Below, piece by piece: positions 14,069 to 19,293 of a stretch of DNA of 19,293 nucleotides (within the stretch, counting starts at the first letter, position 1; each line of letters begins with the position of its first letter). A program made the translations under genes and the position numbers. Source of the stretch: Candidatus Micrarchaeota archaeon (GTDB lineage: Archaea; B1Sed10-29; JAJSAI01); assembly GCA_964625085.1 (NCBI GenBank), contig CAZVAJ010000008.1, positions 1 through 19,293 of the forward strand, read 5' to 3'. The notes under the pieces were generated by a model, which saw only the letters and a program-made list of their open reading frames with translations, made no database searches and was not told where the DNA came from.

Positions 14069-15473
14069 AAAAGCAGTATTTGTATTATCCTTCTTGTTGT
14101 TCCTTTCCCCTTCGTTAATACGCGCGATCAATTATTCTCCAGAGAATATTATCGGATTTACAACATACTTCCATGTTCGTATGGCTGATTTAATTTCTCA
14201 AGGCAGTTTTTACGATCCTCTCTCTTATGGTGGCAGACCGTACACCTACCCACCGGGCTTTCCAGCAATTCTTTCACTGTTCCCCGGAATGTTTAAGGTT
14301 CTATTAAATCCTCTATTGGGCGCGGTGTTTGTTGTCCTTTTTTATGATTATTCGGTCAGGAAACTGGGAAAGAAAACAGGAGAATATGCCTTGTTCTTTT
14401 TGATTACTTCACCTGGGTTTATTTACTTAAGCTCTCATATCAACCCCCGGCTGTTAGCACTGTTGTTAATCTTTTTTGTGTACTATCTCCTTAACTTTAA
14501 GGATAAAGACCTATTACGGTCTGCGGCAGTTATGTTGAGCATGATTGCTGTTGTCTTAGTCCATCCACTAGTCTTCGTTGTTGGATCTATCATCGGGTTC
14601 TTTATCTTCTCAAAGGATAGGAGTAGTTTGATACCGCCTGTTTTAGCAGGCCTTATGGTATTGTTTGCCATGTTTTTTGTTAATGGAGGGCTTCCCCAGT
14701 CTTCTATCGCGTACGCTAACTTTTCTGAACTTCAACGAGGCATGCAATACTTCATTTTTGAGACAGGAACTGCCGCCAGTTCGGTTTCCGTATTAACCTG
14801 GATCATTGGTCTGTACGGGTTTTTTGTATATCATAAAAAGTTAAGGCTGGAATCAAGGTGGCTGGTTTTAGCAGTTGTTGTGCCTCTTATAGGTGGGAAT
14901 CGTCTTAATGAGTTCGTGTATTACCCTCTTGCATTATTTGCAGCAGTTGGCTTCTCTAAGCTCGGTAATTTGTTGAAAGAGTTTAATATGTCATCTAAAA
15001 CAAAGGTAATCAGAAGGGTGGTGTTAGTTTACTTGTTGGGGGTGCTGTTATACTATCCTCTGTTTTTTTCAAATATTGGTCCTCAGAGAGAAGATTTTCA
15101 GCTTTTATCTTGGGCAGATGATCATCTCCCTAAAAACGCGGTAGTGTTAAGTGGTTTTGCGGAAGGCCACTGGGTTACTGGAATAGCGCACAGAAAAAAT
15201 TTCTGGGACGCGTATGTTGAATATGCTCCAGAGGTTGATGAACGTACAATACTCGCGTCACAAGTGTTTAATGGGTACTCTCCTGCATTACGCACTCTTG
15301 TATGCAAGTACAATGTTTCTTATGCGTACTTGCACATCTATTCTTATATGGAAAAATACAAATATCCTTCTAAGGAACTTTTTGAAAGGAATGGCCGGAT
15401 TGTTAACATGGTTAGAGAAAACGAAAACGGGGAATATGCTGTGTTGTATGAGTTAGATCGGCAACACTGCTGA
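14052..15473 (+). CDS. Polytopic membrane protein, GT-C fold glycosyltransferase-like
   Basis: YFHVRMA, YDPLSYGGRPYTYPPG, many TM helices, C-terminal W...LPKNAVVLS...GHW...R...YNVSYAY domain. Confidence 0.78.
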   Translation: MLLTSKKAVFVLSFLLFLSPSLIRAINYSPENIIGFTTYFHVRMADLISQGSFYDPLSYGGRPYTYPPGFPAILSLFPGMFKVLLNPLLGAVFVVLFYDYSVRKLGKKTGEYALFFLITSPGFIYLSSHINPRLLALLLIFFVYYLLNFKDKDLLRSAAVMLSMIAVVLVHPLVFVVGSIIGFFIFSKDRSSLIPPVLAGLMVLFAMFFVNGGLPQSSIAYANFSELQRGMQYFIFETGTAASSVSVLTWIIGLYGFFVYHKKLRLESRWLVLAVVVPLIGGNRLNEFVYYPLALFAAVGFSKLGNLLKEFNMSSKTKVIRRVVLVYLLGVLLYYPLFFSNIGPQREDFQLLSWADDHLPKNAVVLSGFAEGHWVTGIAHRKNFWDAYVEYAPEVDERTILASQVFNGYSPALRTLVCKYNVSYAYLHIYSYMEKYKYPSKELFERNGRIVNMVRENENGEYAVLYELDRQHC

Positions 15474-16022
15474 CGTTCTGTCGAACGCGGCCTGCCCCAT
15501 TTTTTCAAGCCTTTTTCTGACCAAGTGCCATTCAATATGTTTTCTTTTCAGTATTGCGTTGATCTTATCCAAGTCGTTTTTTTCAGGATTCTGCCTGACC
15601 GCGTAGAAAACCAATGTGTCCTCTGGGCTCGTGGCTGGTACGAATTCCCTTTCCTTTAACATTATCTTGTGAGCATGCTCGAACATTTCATTGTCCGCAG
15701 AATAGTACACCTTTTCCCCGTTTATTTCGAAGGCTATGTCCGCGCAAAATTCTATGTTCGCTCCAGGTAGGTCTATCCTGAACCCCCAGTATTCCCCTGG
15801 TTTTTCGTGTTTGGTGAGTTTGCTTGGCCCAAGACTGACCAACAGGCCGTGAGCTTTTCTTAGGTCTTCTTTTGTTAAAAGAATGTCAATATCATTCACG
15901 GTTTTGGCGTACCCATGTTGGCTTGCCGCGGTTCCCGCGAACAACACGAACTTTACACTGCCTTCAAGCAGGTTCCTAACATTAAGCAATGCTTCCTTTT
16001 GCTCTGCAGTGAACACACTCAT
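15453..16022 (-). CDS. Nucleotidyltransferase (Pol-beta superfamily) family protein
   Basis: FAGTAA..HG..TVNDIDIL motif, SPEDTL and KNDLDKI downstream; 21-nt tail-to-tail overlap with the GT-C gene. Confidence 0.75.
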   Translation of the reverse strand: MSVFTAEQKEALLNVRNLLEGSVKFVLFAGTAASQHGYAKTVNDIDILLTKEDLRKAHGLLVSLGPSKLTKHEKPGEYWGFRIDLPGANIEFCADIAFEINGEKVYYSADNEMFEHAHKIMLKEREFVPATSPEDTLVFYAVRQNPEKNDLDKINAILKRKHIEWHLVRKRLEKMGQAAFDRTSAVLPI

Positions 16023-16068
16023 GGTGAAATAAAAAGAAAAGGAGGGATAAAAAGGGTACTGTTTTTGC

Positions 16069-16503
16069 TCATGCCATTATTTTAGTCTGCCTGTACTTCC
16101 AGCCGCTCACAACGAATAGTATCAAAGCAAGCAGCATAGTGTATGCGCCTATTGAGAGTCCAGCACTTGCCATCCCCTGTGTGGCCATGGACACTTTCAC
16201 TGATGTGGATGCTGCAGATATAATGTCATATAGGACCCATAGTATGCCCAGTGCTCCAAGGCCGAGGTATACTGTCCTTACCATTTCATTGTTCATGCCT
16301 AAAATTTCGTTCAGTATTGCTAGCACTGCTAGCAATAGTCCTATGCCTATCCAGTTTGCACCAATTGCATCCAGTCCGCTTAGGGAGTATGTTACTCCAA
16401 GCGCGCTTGCTGAAGCTACGGGCAGGAAGAGGCTTACTATGGCAAGTACCGCTCCGCCTACTGCAAGTTTTTGGTACTGTTTCATCTCACTGAATGAGAC
16501 CAT
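16069..16503 (-). CDS. Small hypothetical membrane protein (about 4 TM)
   Basis: Four hydrophobic segments; strong SD GGAGGTG upstream. Confidence 0.85.
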   Translation of the reverse strand: MVSFSEMKQYQKLAVGGAVLAIVSLFLPVASASALGVTYSLSGLDAIGANWIGIGLLLAVLAILNEILGMNNEMVRTVYLGLGALGILWVLYDIISAASTSVKVSMATQGMASAGLSIGAYTMLLALILFVVSGWKYRQTKIMA

Positions 16504-16589
16504 TCTTTTTTACACCTCCAGATTGTTGTTTGACTGTAAGAAAAACAGGGTCTTTTTAAAAGTTTGTATTCTCCAGGATCTGGAGGAAG

Positions 16590-16721
16590 TGGGGCCAGTG
16601 GGAATCGAACCCACATCGACTGGTATCCCCACGATACCAATCCGAGATCATAGCCCTTTAGGTAGGGCTCAGCGCTCCAGCCGTTCTGGAGCCAGTCAGG
16701 CTACCACTACCCCATGGCCCC
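16590..16721 (-). tRNA. tRNA-Trp(CCA) with 61-nt canonical intron (16625-16685)
   Basis: GGGGCCA/TGGCCCC-A; ACTGG-CT-CCA-G|A-CCAGT; BHB central CTCC/GGGG, bulges AGA and ATA, intron stem ACG/CGT. Confidence 0.95.
16625..16685 (-). ncRNA. Intron-encoded box C/D-type guide RNA (reduced) for tRNA-Trp C34
   Basis: Guide CTGGAGC followed by G-CTGA pairs with G31-G37 and puts C34 at the D+5 position; GCCCT/AGGGC stem plus TAT-GAT gives a K-turn-like element. Confidence 0.7.
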
Positions 16722-16756
16722 TCTTTTATTAAACCAGTTCAGAAGCATTAATAAAA

Positions 16757-16870
16757 CTAGAGCTTTCCTGCTCTCATTCTGCGCTTTCTCTTTTCTCTGC
16801 GCATTCTCTTTTTTCTCCATTTCCAGCGCATTGTGCCTTTCTTTTTCCACTTTCTAGGCCTTCTTTTCAT
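16757..16870 (-). CDS. rpl41e: Ribosomal protein eL41 (eS32), long 37-aa archaeal form; missing from the ORF track
   Basis: [37 protein letters not shown]; KWxKKRMRRxKRKRR signature; AGGTG SD and TATA upstream. Confidence 0.93.
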   Translation of the reverse strand: MKRRPRKWKKKGTMRWKWRKKRMRREKRKRRMRAGKL

Positions 16871-16902
16871 GTTCACACCTTGGTTTCTTTCCATCAAAAG
16901 TG

Positions 16903-16916
16903 TTTTAAAACCTTTT
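16903..16916 (-). promoter_or_regulatory. Putative BRE/TATA promoter of rpl41e
   Basis: Minus strand AAAAGG-TTTTAAAA ending 32 nt upstream of the ATG. Confidence 0.6.
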
Positions 16917-16931
16917 GCTCTGGCATTTGCT

Positions 16932-17552
16932 TTATTTGAACGCTTTTAGTATGAGGATTGTAGATAAAGCGCTGAGCGGCGCGCTTATGTTAGGTATGCT
17001 GAAGTATTTTGTTGCTTGCGAGAGGACTACTCCTATGATCGCCAGGGAGAGAACGCCTACAGAGAACCATTCAAGCCTTCTTTTGTTTTCTTTGTCCACC
17101 TTCTTCTTGGTTAGGCAGAGAATTCCGGAGGTTATCAGGAAGGCTACTAGCACACTTGCCTGCCATATTGTTGTCATGAGCCCATAGCCAGCAACAAAAC
17201 CACTCGCTGTCTTCTGAACTTGCACGTAAGGTATGCTTATCACGAACAAGAGGGTGGGAATCATCCCAATTGTAAGACCATACGCTGTTTTTATCCTGCC
17301 GAGCAGGAATCCTGTGAGCGTGAAGAAAAGAGTGCCTGCGCTTAGGCTTAACATTATCAACAGCCGGATAAGCATGGCTGTTCCAGGGTTTGTGCTGGAC
17401 TGCATGAATATGTCAAGCACGTCCCAGCACAGGATCGTTATCATGCTAAGGAAAAATAGTTTTCTTGAAGTGGGCCTGAGGTTCTTGGAAACTTTTTTCA
17501 GGATCATTAGCAGAGGAGCCAGCGCGATAACGTGCAACAAGAGGTGTATCAT
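16932..17552 (-). CDS. Hypothetical membrane protein (about 6-7 TM; resembles the HisKA_7TM sensor domain)
   Basis: Continuous hydrophobic helices; FFLSM...W...IF followed by a helix pattern like histidine-kinase N-terminal 7TM regions; no cytoplasmic output domain. Confidence 0.7.
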   Translation of the reverse strand: MIHLLLHVIALAPLLMILKKVSKNLRPTSRKLFFLSMITILCWDVLDIFMQSSTNPGTAMLIRLLIMLSLSAGTLFFTLTGFLLGRIKTAYGLTIGMIPTLLFVISIPYVQVQKTASGFVAGYGLMTTIWQASVLVAFLITSGILCLTKKKVDKENKRRLEWFSVGVLSLAIIGVVLSQATKYFSIPNISAPLSALSTILILKAFK

Positions 17553-17567
17553 GAGATTAATAAAAGC

Positions 17568-17583
17568 AAAAGGTTTTTAATAA
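17568..17583 (+). promoter_or_regulatory. Putative BRE/TATA promoter of rpl40e
   Basis: AAAAGG-TTTTTAATAA, followed by GGAGG SD before ATG 17620. Confidence 0.6.
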
Positions 17584-17619
17584 TTTACCGCAGAGAATTT
17601 TACCAGGAGGCAGTAAAAA

Positions 17620-17769
17620 ATGGCTATATTTCCTGAAGTAAAGGCAAGACTGCTGAACAAGAAGATTTGTATGAAATGCAGCACCCGCAATCCGTACAGT
17701 GCTAAAAAGTGCAGGAAGTGCGGGTCAACTCACCTTAGGCCAAAGAAGATGGGCAAAAAGTTGAAGTGA
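17620..17769 (+). CDS. rpl40e: 50S ribosomal protein eL40; missing from the ORF track
   Basis: [50 protein letters not shown]-x2-C...CRKCG...LRPK zinc ribbon. Confidence 0.97.
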   Translation: MAIFPEVKARLLNKKICMKCSTRNPYSAKKCRKCGSTHLRPKKMGKKLK

Positions 17770-18623
17770 AGATGAAGGACAAGCTTATCCTTAGGGCAGA
17801 AAAGATTCTTGAAAGCGCAGGATATACTGTCCTAAGGTACCTATCAGCTTGTTTTGATCTCGCTGCATCCGGGCCTAAACAGATTATCGTAAAAACACTT
17901 TCTAACGTTGACGGAGTTAGGCCTGAGCATGCATCAGAGCTCAAGAAATTTTCATACTGTCTTGATGTGGAACCCCTGATTGTCGGGGACCGTACAAAGA
18001 GAAGTCCTCTTAGGAAAAGAGTGATTTATGAACGGTTTGGGATCAAAGTTCTTTCCTTGGACACGTTTAAGGAGTACGTTTCATGTTCCCGTGTTTTTCC
18101 ATCTTATTCCAGAGGGAGGCGAGTTATAGAGTTTGACCCTGGCCAGCTGAAAAGATTGCGGGAAGAAGCAGGATTGTCCCTTTCAGGAATGGCTGAAGAG
18201 ATAGGCGTGACAAAAGAGGCAGTGTACTTGTATGAGAAAGGAGTTCTCCGAATGAGAGAAGACATAGCCAAGGGAATTGAAAGAAAATTCAAAGTGCGTT
18301 TGGCGAGGAACTCTGATAAGCAGTTTAGAATTCCTGAAGAAAAGCTTGAAAAACGTGTTTCTGTACTTTTTAAGTCATTGGATTTTGAGGTTAAAGAGTT
18401 TGATAGGATTGGTTTTGACGCACTTGCATATGATAATATGAACAGGATAGTGGTTAGCGAGGACTTGCCGAGAGACCCTGAAAAGGTCAGGGATCTTTCA
18501 GAATTTTTTAACGGGTTCACTGCTTTTGTTTCAGAGGATAGGGAGCTTGATCCACCTATCCTGCCGAAAAAGGAGCTTGAAGGAATAAGCTCGAAAAAAG
18601 AGCTTTTAGACCTTTTGAAGTAG
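17766..18623 (+). CDS. Archaeal Cro/XRE-HTH transcriptional regulator (COG1395-like)
   Basis: [30 protein letters not shown], then [39 protein letters not shown] overlap with rpl40e (alternative ATG 17772). Confidence 0.88.
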   Translation: MKMKDKLILRAEKILESAGYTVLRYLSACFDLAASGPKQIIVKTLSNVDGVRPEHASELKKFSYCLDVEPLIVGDRTKRSPLRKRVIYERFGIKVLSLDTFKEYVSCSRVFPSYSRGRRVIEFDPGQLKRLREEAGLSLSGMAEEIGVTKEAVYLYEKGVLRMREDIAKGIERKFKVRLARNSDKQFRIPEEKLEKRVSVLFKSLDFEVKEFDRIGFDALAYDNMNRIVVSEDLPRDPEKVRDLSEFFNGFTAFVSEDRELDPPILPKKELEGISSKKELLDLLK

Positions 18624-18624
18624 G

Positions 18625-18708
18625 TGCGAGGGAGGGGATTTGAACCCCCGATGGGACTAACCCACAAGGCCCTCAACCTTGCGCTATACCAGGCTAAGCA
18701 ACCCTCGC
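18625..18708 (-). tRNA. tRNA-Leu(GAG), intronless
   Basis: GCGAGGG/CCCTCGC-A; CAAGG-TT-GAG-GG-CCTTG; variable arm nearly identical to Leu(UAG). Confidence 0.96.
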
Positions 18709-18739
18709 GGTTATGACAGTATCATTTTCTACCTGTGTG

Positions 18740-18754
18740 TTTAAAAAACCTTTT
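18740..18754. promoter_or_regulatory. Putative bidirectional TATA region between tRNA-Leu and aSelBL
   Basis: Minus strand AAAAGG-TTTTTTAAA (towards the tRNA); plus strand TTTAAAAA about 25 nt before ATG 18773. Confidence 0.5.
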
Positions 18755-18772
18755 CCCGGAACCTAGTAGTGT

Positions 18773-19293
18773 ATGATGATTGGGCTTCCGATGATCACGG
18801 GTCTTGGAAAAGAACTGGGGAAAAAAGGCACGGTCTCTGACATCACGCTGTACAACCGTAAGGTTGAAGACAGGATAATAAATGTTGTTGAAGCTTCAGA
18901 AAAATTTGCATCCCTGCTTTTGTCCGTGAGCATGGCTGAAGTCATCCTGTTTCACGTTAAACCAGGCAACCTTGACCAGCGTTTTGCAGAAGCAGTCCTG
19001 GCTGCCGATGCTTTTGATAAAAAGAGGGGCGTCGTGTTCTTGGACGGGGTGATTGAAGAACAAGTAAAGCCTCTTGTTAAAGGAACAGTGGCTGATTCTT
19101 ACGAAATGTTTACCGGAAGCATTCCTGAATTACTGTCTTTTTTATCCGGGCTTGAGACAGAACAGGACCCTTCTGCCCCTTTAAGGATTGTTGTGGATCA
19201 CTCGTTTCCTGTCAAGAGCGTTGGCACAGTAGTGTTGGGGGTTGTTGTTTCAGGCACTGTTAAAAAGCATGATGTGCTTGACCTTAATCCTGC
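18773..19293 (+). CDS. SelB-like protein aSelBL (EF-Tu/SelB-related, degenerate G domain), 3'-truncated by the window edge; missing from the ORF track
   Basis: Open from ATG 18773 to the end of the window: KELGKKGTVSDITLYN and VDHSFPVKSVGTVVLGVVVSGTVKKHD (EF-Tu domain II); no GxxxxGK(T/S) P-loop of true SelB. Confidence 0.88.
   Translation, partial: MMIGLPMITGLGKELGKKGTVSDITLYNRKVEDRIINVVEASEKFASLLLSVSMAEVILFHVKPGNLDQRFAEAVLAADAFDKKRGVVFLDGVIEEQVKPLVKGTVADSYEMFTGSIPELLSFLSGLETEQDPSAPLRIVVDHSFPVKSVGTVVLGVVVSGTVKKHDVLDLNP

Noticed and set aside
12689..15473. Calling the GT-C genes aglB
   Set aside because: No WWDYG motif and shorter than oligosaccharyltransferases
16139..16732. 197-aa plus-strand ORF
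   Set aside because: Antisense to the membrane protein gene and tRNA-Trp
16757..16870. Pyrimidine-rich quasi-repeat (tgcgc/ttctc) as a repeat or ncRNA
   Set aside because: Fully explained by the Arg/Lys codons of eL41 on the minus strand
18104..18945. Minus-strand ORFs 18104..18676 and 18763..18945
   Set aside because: Antisense shadows of the HTH regulator and aSelBL; the first starts inside tRNA-Leu
1..19293. CRISPR array, IS element, integrase or rRNA
   Set aside because: Recurring GGATTTGAACC-type strings are tRNA T arms, not spaced repeats; no transposase/integrase motifs or rRNA-like sequence seen

Overview
Archaeal chromosomal core region. The phylum cannot be fixed from sequence alone; the gene content looks euryarchaeal/DPANN-like. 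It holds 11 complete tRNA genes plus one truncated at the left edge, all on the minus strand and interleaved with protein genes. Six tRNAs carry 7 bulge-helix-bulge (BHB) introns, 4 at non-canonical positions: Ala 20/21, Met 17/17a, Tyr 59/60 (plus a canonical one) and Ser 59/60. The tRNA-Trp intron carries a reduced box C/D guide. Protein genes: trxB, carbamate kinase + ornithine carbamoyltransferase, DUF116, DUF2666-like, trkA/trkH, Lrp, iorAB, two paralogous GT-C-type membrane glycosyltransferases, a nucleotidyltransferase, an HTH regulator, and three genes missing from the ORF track (eL41, eL40, partial aSelBL). The most intriguing unexplained signal is a small reading frame (6130/6171-6404) whose in-frame TAG sits in the bulge of a BHB/BHL-like hairpin. 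Excising 11-12 nt at the predicted endonuclease sites restores an open frame, making it a candidate mRNA micro-intron. No CRISPR array, rRNA or mobile element was seen.
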